Shown: one piece after another, positions 52,691 through 64,000 of the stretch
Layout of the letters: the number at the start of each line of letters is the position of its first letter
Numbering within the stretch: the first letter of the stretch is position 1
The notes under the pieces: generated by a model
Seen by the model: the letters and a program-made list of their open reading frames with translations, nothing else
Databases searched by the model: none
Told to the model about the DNA's origin: nothing
Translations under genes and position numbers: made by a program
NCBI RefSeq assembly: GCF_006345805.1
Contig: NC_043011.1
Location: forward strand, 24,998,464 to 25,062,463
Length of the DNA stretch: 64,000 bases
DNA from: Octopus sinensis
Lineage: Eukaryota
Reading direction: 5' to 3'

Positions 52691-53513
52691 ATACATACAC
52701 ATATATACATGCATATATATTAATGTTTGTTTTTATGTTCAGTTATAATAAAAACAGTTTTACATTAATTTGATGGGTTACTCCATACTTTTATAGAGTA
52801 CAAATTTATAATTTTTATACAAGAATATTGTTGACAGTAACTCTGAAAACCCAAATTTAATCAATAAAAAATGTTCCCAAAACACCTTTCCATAACAACT
52901 GACCATAAAAACTTAATTACCACCCCACTCAAACCCACACACCCAAAGATTATTTTAACTCAACAGAGACTACATAAAGGCAAGAATAACTCTAATGTAT
53001 CACAGTCCAACAATGACTTAGCTGACCAAAACTGCAAAGTCACTGTCAACAATGTTCTTGTATAAAAATAATAAATACATGCACATATAAATACATACAA
53101 TATAATAATTCATGCACACATATATATATATATATATTTATTTATTTTTTATTTTTATCTAGTTTCAGCTCACAAGCTGTGGCCATGCTGGGGCACCCCC
53201 ATTAGAAAATATGGAATGCTTCACGAATTTGCGTGTCATCCTATATATATTTACACACTCACACACAAAAAGAGATATACAAAATATGCTCATTCTCTGT
53301 AATAGATAAAAAAAAAAATTCCAAGTCCCTCTGAAAAATTAATAAAGAATTTAAAAGAAAAATAACTGAAATTTATGACAAGCAGAAGAATGTTTGGCAC
53401 TTGTGAAACCAACATTAGATATTATTTTCTAATTTTTCTCTCCCAAATTATCAAGAATCCTTTCATATCAAACAAATGAACAAAAGAGAATTATAAGAAG
53501 AACTAGGACATAC

Positions 53514-53676
53514 CGAAGATGCAATTTCTTGGTAAGTCAATCCATTCAAATGTTTCCTCTCCAGTGGGTTGTTCACACTTAGGCCATGTTGAGGTTCCAC
53601 CCAACATTCTGTCACTATTTGTAACTCTCCATCTGACTCAGCCAATTCACATTCTTCCATTTCATCTTCAGATATG
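53514..53676 (-). CDS. SZT2: SZT2 exon (163 nt, phase 2-0): ISEDEMEECELAESDGELQIVTECWVEPQHG...LNGLTYQEIASS
   Basis: Matches recalled SZT2 ELNLVTEVWVEPQYG...LQDLTYSEI. Acceptor cctctgcag|C, donor TCG|gtatgt. Confidence 0.92.
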
Positions 53677-53715
53677 CTGCAGAGGTAAAAAAAAAAAAAA
53701 AAGGTTTCATAATAC

Positions 53716-54121
53716 TTTTATCTTTTACTTGTTTTAATAATTAGACAGCGGTCATGCTGGGGCACCATTGTGAAGAATTTTTAGTTGAATGAATCAACCC
53801 AAGTATCTATTTGCTTTTTTCTTCAAGTCCTTCACTTATTTTCTATTGTTCTCTTTTTTATGAACTCCCGAGTTATGGGGACATAAACACACCAGCACCA
53901 ATTGTCAAGTGACAGGGGAGGGGGAATACAGACATGAAGAAACATACTGTCTATACATATACAACAGGCTTCTTTCAGTTTCCATCCACCAAATCCATTC
54001 ACAAGACTTTGGTCAACCCTAGGCTGTAGAAAACACTCATCCAAGGTGCCACACAATGAGACTGAACCTGGAACCATGTAGTTAGGGAGCAAACTTCTTA
54101 CCACACAGCCATGCCTGTGCC
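53716..54121 (-). mobile_element. SINE family A, minus copy. Other minus copies or halves: 1407-1612, 3085-3257, 26140-26330, 26600-26760, 38426-38809, 43270-43540, 47810-47920, 62190-62450
   Basis: Reverse complement of the 2650-3084 element. Confidence 0.8.
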
Positions 54122-55222
54122 AAATGGTTTTTAATTATTTTTATTTACTTTCAACACAGAATTTCTAACCAACTTTTCATCCAAAGAAAGTCAACTATTG
54201 CTATTATTAACCCCAATTTCAGCTTTGATCAAGCAATCCCATGATCAAAGTCAGTCCAGCCATGACCATCCAGTCTTTTTTCTTTTTAAGATAGTGTCAT
54301 GGGAGAATCCTGAATACCCCCACATAACTGAAAGTGGACTAATCAATTGCAATAAAAACTGTGTGAACTGTCAAGGGATAGTTGACGGTGTTAGTTCGAC
54401 CATAGTGTTTTACCATGTTCATTCAATGTATATTGGTTTAACAGTCAGCAGTTGAACTGTGAATGCTGAGTATTGTACCTACGTTCAAGTAATATGGAGT
54501 ACGTTCTGTGTAAACATATATTTCTGTGATAGGTTATTTTAGATAACCACAACTAACTATTTATTTATGTAATACCATTTTACACCAGGCATGTACACCT
54601 ATGTCATAACAGATAGTAAGGTCAAGTTTGAGGAATATCAGGCTACTATTTCTAACAGGCTGAGTACACTTGAGGAGGCTCCCGCTTTGGTTCAAAACAA
54701 AGTCAATTTTGCCTTAAGCTTTTAGCATTTAAACTGGTCATATCCAGCCCAAATACTCTACTTGTTTTATGTTCTAACTGGCCAGATACAGCCACTCACA
54801 CTTATGCTACAATATCATTCTAAAAATAAACATTCACATTATTGAAATTTCAAAGCTACAAGATGATGCATGATTAATTCAAAAGACTGTGAATAAATAA
54901 GCATCACATTTGACAAAATAATCTGAATGCTAAAGGGTTAAAGTAATAACAGCATATATGTTGGGGTAAAAACTTAAATTTGAGCAAAAATGTGTCAGGA
55001 AATATAACGAAAGGCAGTTTAACCCTTTAGCATTCAGACTGCTGTCAATGTAACGCTTATTTATTCATATTGGCATAGGAGTGGCTGTGTGGTAAGTAGC
55101 TTGCTTACCAGCCACATGGCTCCGGGTTCAGTCCCACTGCATGGCACCTTGGGCAAATGTCTTCTACTATAGCCTCAGGTCGTTAGTGGATTTGGTAGAC
55201 AGAAACTGAAAGAAGCCTGTTG

Positions 55223-55315
<93 letters not shown>

Positions 55316-56030
55316 TTGTGTGTGTGTATGTTTGTGTGTCTGTCCCCCCCCCAACATCGCTTGACCACCGATGGTGGTGTGCTTACGTCCCCGTAACTTA
55401 GCAGTTCGGCAAAAAAGACCTATAGAATAAGTACTAGGCTTAGAGAGAATAAGTCCTAGGGGTCGATTTGTTAGACTAAAGGCGGTGCTCCAGCATGGCC
55501 GCAGTCAAATGAGTGGTAAAAGAGTAATTAATCTCATAGTTTTGAGACTGCAATGATTGTTTATTATTAGAATGACATTTTAGATAAGCACGAAAGGCCA
55601 GATCTGGTCAGTTTCAACATAAAATGTGTAGAATATAGGTCTGGATATTGGCCAGTTTAAATGCCAAAGATTTAAAATGATTATTTTTGATTTAAATGCT
55701 TATTCTAGATCTGCTGGAGAATTACAATAGGAGAGTTTGGAATAAATAAGAGCTATGGAATCCTTTTATGTACAGATGAACAAGAGATTGAAGAAAAGAC
55801 TAAAGCTTTTTCTAAACTTAGTATGAATGTTTATATATTTGTTGATTGTATATTGACATGTGTCATATATTCATGTGTGTTTTGCATGGTAAAAGGCTTA
55901 CTTTGCAACCGCATAACTTGGGGGTTGATCCCACTGCATGATACTTTGGGCAAGTGTTTTGTACAATGACCCCAGGTCAACCAATGCCTTGTGAGTTAAT
56001 TTGGTAGAAAGAAACTGTATGGAAATCAGT

Positions 56031-56070
<40 letters not shown>

Positions 56071-56205
56071 TTTGTCATTGTGCATTTGTGGTTGTACGGG
56101 AAAGTGGTTGTGTTCATGTGTGCATTTTGTGGTAGCACACACAGTTTTTCTCATTTTATGAATCATATTATACAAAATAATACATGTGAAGATCAAAGGA
56201 CATAC

Positions 56206-56342
56206 CTCCCACGAGTGTTTTTAGCATTAGGTGGAAACAAGATATATTGTACAACACATGTTGATGAAGTGTGGCTTTCATCATTCTCATCCTCTCCTTC
56301 ATAGCCAAGTCTTGGAGTACGTTTAATGAAAGAATTGTCAGA
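56206..56342 (-). CDS. SZT2: SZT2 exon (137 nt, phase 0-2): SDNSFIKRTPRLGYEGEDENDESHTSSTCVVQYILFPPNAKNTRG
   Basis: Matches recalled SZT2 HTCVVQYILFPP. Acceptor ttttattaacag|TCT, donor AG|gtatgt. Bridges the phases of both neighbouring exons. Not in the ORF track. Confidence 0.92.
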
Positions 56343-56805
56343 CTGTTAATAAAAAATTAAAATACATTTTATAGAGTAAAAAAAAAATGGAACATAGCAA
56401 GAGGATACATATGCTGAAAACATTCAATGAATTGACTATTTTTCCTTTTATTTGTTAAGGCAATTAAATTATGATACCAGCCTCTTGATAGCTTGTATCC
56501 TGGACTAAGACTGCTAACTATAAAGAAGTCTTTAGGCACCTTTGGTAAAGCTCACTCTTTTGTAAGCATTCAGTGAGGATGCATTGATGTCATCATTTCA
56601 ATTTTCTAGTTGTGTAGTGTCCATCTCTTATTGTTGTTGATAAAGACCAAGTTACCAAATATAAGCAACATAAGTAGCCAAGCACTTCCTTCTTCAGCTA
56701 TTCCTACATCTTTCACCTTCCCTTCCCATACAACAAACAACACCTTAACCCTTACAGCTCTATATTTAAGAGATGAGGAATTATGTACAATATTTACATT
56801 CGGGC

Positions 56806-57087
56806 TTATAAATCTAATATTTTTCTATTCTTCCTTAATACTGGTTCCCATATGCTGCTCATATCTGCACTCGGTCTGCTTAGGAGGTTGTTGTGTCCTA
56901 GCATATGTGCTGCTTTTTTTTTGTTTTCGTATTTTCCAGTGGTGCTCTCTGTCTATTATTTTAACTTCATCCCACAGGGGGAGGTGGTCTCCATTTTTCC
57001 ATACATGATCAGCTATACCCGATTTACCAATATTTCCTCATGTCACAGCTTTGAGATGCTCAGCTACCCTTATTTTGAGGGGGTGGT
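56806..57087 (-). pseudogene. Penelope/Poseidon-type GIY-YIG endonuclease C-terminal relic
   Basis: LKIRVAEHLKAVT*GNIGKSGIADHVWKNGDHLPLWDEVKIIDREHHWKIRK, frameshift in an A-run, then AAHMLGHNNLLSRPSADMSSIWEPVL. One stop and one frameshift. Confidence 0.8.
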
Positions 57088-58134
57088 GAAACATGCCACC
57101 CCTTCAAAATAAGGGTAGATGAACAAGATGAGGACAAATATCCATCGAATGTAAATAATGTACCTTAACCCTTGTTCATCATTCACTACATTCACCTCCA
57201 CCCACCACCCATATCTAACCATCACTCACTCTTCTCTCATGCTCTGTTATTCTGTCCCTATTCTCTCTTCATCTACCTTGAGAGTATTAATACTTCATCA
57301 TCATCTTTGTCTTCCTTTCAATTACTCCCACCCATACCTGTACAATATAGGGTAGCTATATATTTCCAATTTAGCAATACACCTGTGCCTTTTCTTCTGT
57401 CATACTTTAGTCTCTCCTCACCTGGCATAAAACCACCTCTATTACTACAATAACCCCATTCAGTCGAGGGAACATTTTCTTTGTCTAGCAAGTTACTTGG
57501 GGATCTCACTAGTGCTAATGTCATGAAAAACAAAAACATCCAATATACACTGTAAAGTGGTTGGTATTAGGAAGGGCATATGGCTGTAGAAACCATCCCA
57601 AAGTAGACACTGCAGCTGAACACAGCACACTGGTTGCACTGAGTCCTGACAAACCATCCAATCCATGCCAGCAAGGAAGGCCTTGTAAGACAGAGACTGC
57701 TCAGCTGGAAGAGGAGGTGGAACCAAGAGAAGTGGCTGTATGCCAGGCAAGAAGTTAGAGTATAACAGAGGGACAGCCATAGTTGTTTTGCTTTTGAGGA
57801 GAAACTTGGTTAGCCCAGTAGGACAAGGAAGGAGAGGAAGGTGAGAGAGAGAGATAGAGAGACAGTCAGAACAAGATAGAAAGAGTGACAGAATGGTGTT
57901 GGAGATGTATTGGAGCCTACTCACAGGGAAGAGTGAGATGGGGAAGTATAAGTAATACAGAAGGAATAGAGGAGGGATTTCCACAAGAGTACGAGGGGAG
58001 AGGTTTAGAGATGGGCAAGACATGACTGTAGCAAGTGATGATGAGAGAATGGTTGGGATGTGAGTATGGTACATACGTGAGGGAGAGTGGGGGTGCCTGC
58101 AGCAGCTGAGACGTATGCGTGTAGGAGTATGTGC

Positions 58135-58169
<35 letters not shown>

Positions 58170-58586
58170 GTGAAAAATATAATAAAGAAAATGTGCAGAA
58201 TGTATATATTTGTTTAAGAGATAAAATATTTACATAGTCAACCGGTTTCACTTTTGCTAATCGTGACTAGGAAATTAGTGAAAAATATTACAATTTCAAG
58301 GTATCAAAGGAAGTTTTTAGTCTATGTTAGTCCAAATGTAATTGTGTGTGTGTAGGCAATATCTGCTCTACAAAGAAATGCTGGGAACTGATAAAGGACA
58401 ACAACATAAAAGACCAAAGAAATTTTTGAAATCAGGTAATTAGAGCACAGCCTTTAAATAGAGAGGTTTCTCAAGTAAAATGATACATGATCAAAATGCA
58501 AAAAAAAAATGCCATATTATACAAACAACTAACTTGTGTTGGGAAAAAGAAGGAAAAATGCAGATGCATATTTGTATGATGCCTAC

Positions 58587-58665
58587 CTTCATTTCAACTT
58601 CCAGAACCATGTTCACGATTCCAATTGTTGTAAGTGCAAAGTGGAAACCTTCCTGAGTTCGAATC
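58587..58665 (-). CDS. SZT2: SZT2 exon (79 nt, phase 2-0): IRTQEGFHFALTTIGIVNMVLEVEMK
   Basis: Matches recalled SZT2 [23 protein letters not shown]. Acceptor tttatttaag|G, donor AAG|gtaggc. Confidence 0.92.
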
Positions 58666-59765
58666 CTTAAATAAAGGAAACAGAAAAATATTTTAAAAAC
58701 AAGCCAACAATACATTTGACTAACTACTCTGCTAAACATTTAATCCTTAAACATTTAGGCCCTATGATACTGCGGATAGAAATAAAGCCCTATGTTGGGA
58801 CTGCCAATGGTGGTGGTGATGGTGACAGCATCATCATTGCAACATCCACTTTTCCTTGCTTGCATGGGTTGGATGGAGATTATTGAGGCAGATCTACAGC
58901 TAGATGCTCTTACTGTCACCAACCCTCACCTGTTTCCAAGCAAGGCAATATATTTTCCCATGGCTAGATATGTTCTCACAGAATATTGGAAACAAATGAC
59001 ACTCTGACAGCGACACTCATTTACAACAATGGTTATGTCCAGACAAGGAGACACACACACACGACACTTCTTTCAGTTTCTATCTCTCATATCCACTCAC
59101 AAGCCTTTGGTTGGCTCCAAGGCTATAGTTAAAGACATTTGCCCAAGTTGCAAATCATATTTCAAATGACATGCAAATTACTTCCTCAACATCAAAGCTC
59201 TGGACAAGATATCTTGTAGCATCTGTTTTGGTTATGTGCAGCCCTGAATCCAAATCCTACCTTCTGTCATAGGGGAGAGATAAGGAGAAAAAAATGAGTC
59301 CAACAAGACTCAACAAAAACCAGGACAAGCTTAAGAAGTCCATTAAGTCTCCAAGCACCTCAGCTGATCAATCTGATTGCCAGATCTTGTTGATTTTGTA
59401 ATATCACTGCTACTTCTGTAACTTAGCATTTTTGCTAGGTAGGAGTGTTGGCCTGACAGAAACCTATTTTTACATTAGTCCAGCCTCTATCCTTTGAACT
59501 GTTTAGCATGGTAAGAGCTTTCATGTCAATGGCATAGCTCTTAATATCATTGAGGCATACAAGCCACTACACTTTAACAAGATCTGAATCTTGTGGTTGA
59601 CCAGCAACAGGAAGTGGGATGCAAATTTAGAATGCACAGAACAGGATGTTTTAAAATCCCACTAATCTAATGTTCTGGACAAGAAATTTATTTATGGGCT
59701 CCCAAAAGATGAAAGACAAAGTAGTAAAGTAATAAAAAAAACAAAAAAAAACATAAAAGACTAAC

Positions 59766-59990
59766 TTGGCCAAAGTGGACAACATACGCCCCACCATAGG
59801 TGTAGGCATTAAAGGTACACGACCATGCTGGATACTCCAAATCCATCGCCTGTGGTAGAGGTACCGTGACATTGTGTTGAACATTGCAGCCACTGAACGG
59901 CTGGCTTTCTCAGCAGCATCTGATGTATGACGAGGAATCTCACGAGCTGGATCGTCCACAACACTTAGATCATGAGGAACTCTTTCATAT
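59766..59990 (-). CDS. SZT2: SZT2 exon (225 nt, phase 2-2): YERVPHDLSVVDD...MSRYLYHRRWIWSIQHG...MLSTLAK
   Basis: Matches recalled SZT2 RYEKLP...LSRYLYHQRWLWS. Acceptor tttcttttcag|A, donor AA|gttagt. Confidence 0.92.
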
Positions 59991-61012
59991 CTGAAAAGAA
60001 AAAAGTTTATATGAATTATTATTAATTTGCATTTTTTTATGTCGGAAGATCAGTGACTATAATATTAACGAGATGGGAAAATTAATTTTAAAACTTTATA
60101 TTTATGTATTTTCATTAAACCAGTCATATTTGGCTCAAATATTCTACTTGTTTTAGGTTCAAACTGGCCAGACCCAGCCTCTCACACCTACCATACAATG
60201 TCTTCTAGACATATACAATCAGATCATCAAAATCTTGAAGCCACGAGATAATTCATGATTAATTCAAAACAATGTGAATAAATAAGCATTACATTTGACA
60301 GAATAATCTAAATGCTAAAGGGTTAATCTCCACGGTGATTTAACTAGATTCCTCTACATTAAAACATTTTATTCAAAGTGTCACACAACGGGATTGAACC
60401 AAAGATCACATGGTTAGGAAACAAGTATCTTAACCACATAGCCACACCTTCAATTATGAAACTAACTGAAAGAGAAAACAGGTTACCTTAACTCTTTCAG
60501 GACCTTGTTTCTCATGAAATTTTTGTTTCGATTAATTCAAAATTAATACAGGAATTTAGTTAAATAATTACCTTTTTCTTTATTAAGATGATGATAGGAA
60601 GATATCTTGGCAAAAAGTTCTTACATAAAATTATGTATCATGGTATTAATGTGCACATGAAACTTTTAACAATAATGGGAGGTTTTGTATCACAGAACCA
60701 AAAGTAGATTCAATTGATTAATATTAAACAAATTAAGTCCCCCTATGACAAAAAAAAAATGTTTAGAATTTATTTATGTAGGGGCAGGTTCACTTTCCAA
60801 CCAAATGATTTCAGGTTCAGTGTGGTGTTTTTAGCATCTTCTAAAGACTTGGACTGACAAATGTGTTAGGGAGTACACTATGTGTGTGTGTGTGTGTGTT
60901 AGGGAAGTGTCTTCTCTTAAAATCTTGACCTGACCAATGCCTTAGGAAGCCCATCATACCATCTTATGTATGTGTGTTGAGCAAGAGTCTTCTAAAGCCT
61001 TGGAAGCCCAGT

Positions 61013-61049
<37 letters not shown>

Positions 61050-61548
61050 CATGCATGCATGAATATGTGTATGTGTCTACCTCTATGTTTGTCTTTATAT
61101 TGATACCACTTTCAAAAATACCGTCTTTGTTCATATTCTATGACTTAGCGGGTTGTCAATAGGGTTGATTAAGATGAGTACCAAACATGAGAGTCAGAAC
61201 TGGACTCAATATGGTCAATAAAGACAGTGAACTGGAAGAATCGTTAGCATATTGGACAAAATGCTTAGCAGCATTTCATCTGCTTTTATATTTTAAGTTC
61301 AAATTTCACTGTGGTTGACTTTACCTTTCATCCTTTCGGAGTCAATACAATAAGTACCAGTTGAGTACTGGGATCAATGTAATTGACTTACCACTGACCC
61401 TGAAACTGCAGGCCTTGTGCCAAAATTTGAAACCAATACAATTGATGAAAACCCTTCAAGTTGATGCTCCAGTATGGACACAGTTCAATGACTAAAACAA
61501 ATAAAAGAACAAAGGAATATATAAATAAATATAAATAAGAAAACTAAC

Positions 61549-61917
61549 CTGATTAAAATTTTCTCCACGGGTTTACTCAACACAACACAACATTTGACTT
61601 CTGTGGTTTGCTTTCTGTTTAGCTGAGTACTCATTTTGGATGGTTTGGCACTGGAAAGGTCATCCTCTTTCTGGTTGGTTAAATCCAATGGTATGCCTTG
61701 GACTTGTTTTCTCCTTTCAAGAGATAACCGCAAGCCAGAGGATTTATGAGGTCCTCTTGGGAGTTTCAACTTGAGGATTTCTTCTCTTAGTTCGGCTACA
61801 ACTGCATGCCGTTCATGTCCAGCTGTTCCACCAAGGAATGCAAGCCGCAACACCAAACAAGGTGGTTTTGATGTTACACGTAGTATATAAAATGTGCTTG
61901 GAGGTTTGTCAGAATCA
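61549..61917 (-). CDS. SZT2: SZT2 exon (369 nt, phase 2-2): DSDKPPSTFYILRVTSKPPCLVLRLAFLGG...CCVVLSKPVEKILIR
   Basis: Matches recalled SZT2 segments [25 protein letters not shown] and CLVVLHKPLDKLLIR. Acceptor attaaag|T, donor AG|gttagt, open frame. Confidence 0.92.
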
Positions 61918-62547
61918 CTTTAATGAAATGAAACAGAAAAAAATAAATTTTAAAAATACATTTTTCTTTTAAAACATCAATAAGTCACAGTGGTATGTAC
62001 AGTGTTTAGGTTAATTTCTTTTGAATGAAAACAAAGGCAAATTTTGCAGAGTGGGAGAGTGTATTATTAACTGAATCAACTCAAGTATATTACTAATGCT
62101 TATTTTACTAGTGTTAGTAATATTATCAACTGTAAGAAGTCCCATAACATCCACAGTAACAAAATAGATACTTTGAGGTTTTTATTAGAACATATTTCTT
62201 TTACTTGTTTCACTCATTGGACTCTGGCCATGCTGGGGCCGCAGTTGTAGTCAAATAGTTGACCCCAGTGTTTACTTTTTTTAAGTTGAGAACTTATTTT
62301 CTCATTCTCTTTTGCCAAATCACTAAGTTACGGAGATGTAAACAAACCAACACTTGTCATCAATTGATGATGGAGAACATTCACAAACACAAAGACACAC
62401 ACATTTCTACTCAGAATAAACACAATAGTATCAGCACTAAGCAGTGATGAGAAATAAATGAACTTTAGGTTTATCAAAATATGCTTGTAACATATTTTAA
62501 CTTTTAAAGGTAAATTCACACGGAGAAAGCATTCTCTCTTACAGTAA

Positions 62548-63038
62548 AAGGTGTAAAAACATCATATCTACCCAGTGCTTTCCGCTAATGAACTCTCAGA
62601 TGCATTTCTGGCTCCTTAGCCTTCCTAATAGGAGGCACTGAAGAGAGATAACCCTGGGAATATTCTAAAGCCAAAACCTTATCTTAGAATGCTCAATATA
62701 TATACAACAGGTTCAAACACAGTTTCTTATTTCTTTTACTTCCCACAAGGAGCTACACACAGAGGGGACAAACAAGGACAGACAAACGGATTAAGTCGAT
62801 TATATCGACCAGTGCGTAACTGGTACTTATTTAATCGACCCCCCAAAAGGATGAAAGGCAAAGTCGACCTCGGCAGAATTTGAACACAGTTCAAGCACAG
62901 TTTCTGTCTACCAAATTCACACACAAGGTATTAATGAACACAGAGCAATAGTAGAAGACACTTGTCCAAGATGCTGGGCAATGGGATTGACAGTCCATTA
63001 CAGGGAAGCACTGGGTAGATATGATGTTTTTACACCTT
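62548..63038. repeat. 33-bp perfect (~47-bp imperfect) inverted repeat pair enclosing SINE fragments; unclassified TIR element
   Basis: 62548-62580 AAGGTGTAAAAACATCATATCTACCCAGTGCTT is the exact reverse complement of 63006-63038. No TSD recognised. Confidence 0.7.
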
Positions 63039-63388
63039 CACAGCTTTTTGACTACACCACCATGCCTGCACCTAGCCATAGCATGTAAACATAAATGTGG
63101 AATATAAGGATCTATAATCTGAGAGAATTCAACATATTCAGTATAGTACTGTATCGTAAGTTTTCCATATGAAGTTAGTGAAGTAAATCTCTTCTTCATA
63201 AACTATATTTATTTCATCACTAACTCCACTTCCATAGTCTTAAACAGATGAAATGCCAATCTCCTACAAGATAAAACAGAAAGCTATAGCAGGTAATATA
63301 CCCATGAGACAAGGCTGTCAGATGTTTTACTTATTCAAGCCATATTGGCCTCCATATAAAATGACAATGTAATGAATGGTACACTTAC

Positions 63389-63607
63389 CTGTTATTAAAT
63401 TTTATGTACATGTATGTGAGGTTAGAGTGATTCTCCATCAAGACAAATGTGCACCAGTGTTTCAACATGTTGTTCAATGCAGTCATAGCTTTATAACAGT
63501 GTACAGACTGGAAGTAGCCGTTGGAATTTGGAGTGTGCAGGTACTTTTTCAGAGGAGTATCATGCCGCAATATGATACCGATTCGATGTGTGTGCATCCA
63601 TTTTTGC
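63389..63607 (-). CDS. SZT2: SZT2 internal exon (219 nt, phase 2-2): QKWMHTHRIGIILRHDTPLKKYLHTPNSNGYFQSVHC...
   Basis: Translation resembles human SZT2 as I recall it ([26 protein letters not shown]). Acceptor is a pyrimidine tract plus cttttcaag|G; donor AG|gtaagt. Phase matches the next exon. Confidence 0.92.
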
Positions 63608-64000
63608 CTTGAAAAGAAAGAGATAAAACAATAAAATAATTATTCAGACATTTATCTTTTATGTCTCTAGACTTAACTGCCTATCATCATCATCATTATC
63701 ATTTCTATATCTGCTTTTTCCATGCTGGTATGTGCTGGACAAGACTTCTCAAGATTGAATTCTATGGTTAGATGTTCTTCCAACTGACAACTCTTGCTTG
63801 TTTTCAAGTAAGGTACCTTAGTGCATTCACACATCAAACTACAGAGCAAGATGTTCTGTTTATGAGGAACTTAACCCTTTAGCATTCAGATTACTCTGTC
63901 AAATATAATGCTTTTTTATTCACTTTGTTTTGAATTAATTGTGTATTATCTTGTAGCTTTAGGATTTCAATTATGAGATTGTTTACTTTAAGAATGACAT

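Noticed and set aside
56655-56725. GAAA..GTA..CTGAAGA on the minus strand downstream of the second PLE relic
   Set aside because: Stems I and II cannot be formed, so it is not called as a hammerhead.
57493-58251. Longest ORF in the track (252 aa, minus)
   Set aside because: Runs through a (CA)n microsatellite and purine-rich repeat-derived sequence; low-complexity translation with no domain.
59400-59600. Possible decayed RTE RT fragment (GLT..., FHVNG.ALN)
   Set aside because: Only scattered residues match; cannot be supported without an alignment.
2617-63612. Most ORF-track entries with YIYI, THTH or CVCV runs
   Set aside because: These are translations of TA/CA microsatellites and SINEs, not genes.

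Overview
AT-rich, microsatellite- and SINE-dense animal genomic DNA. The SINE/MITE repertoire points to an octopus (coleoid cephalopod); this is inferred from the repeat types, not database-checked. The only host gene I can support is SZT2 (KICSTOR subunit) on the minus strand: six phase-consistent GT-AG exons between 63607 and 53514 give about 397 contiguous codons. No further SZT2 exon is confidently found below 53514, so the remaining ~53 kb is probably one very large intron. That region is filled with tRNA-derived SINEs, RTE fragments, piggyBac/hAT/Tc1-mariner MITEs, mariner and maT transposase relics and an R4/Dong-like REL relic. There are two Penelope-like (GIY-YIG) relics: one at ~10.1-11.0 kb keeps an open endonuclease ORF followed by a type I hammerhead ribozyme with an atypical core, and the other lies in an SZT2 intron at ~57 kb. 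Other notable structure: a 1527-bp tandem duplication that appears identical, several long fold-back hairpins, and a ~35-bp-period degenerate repeat array. No rRNA, true tRNA or CRISPR array was found.
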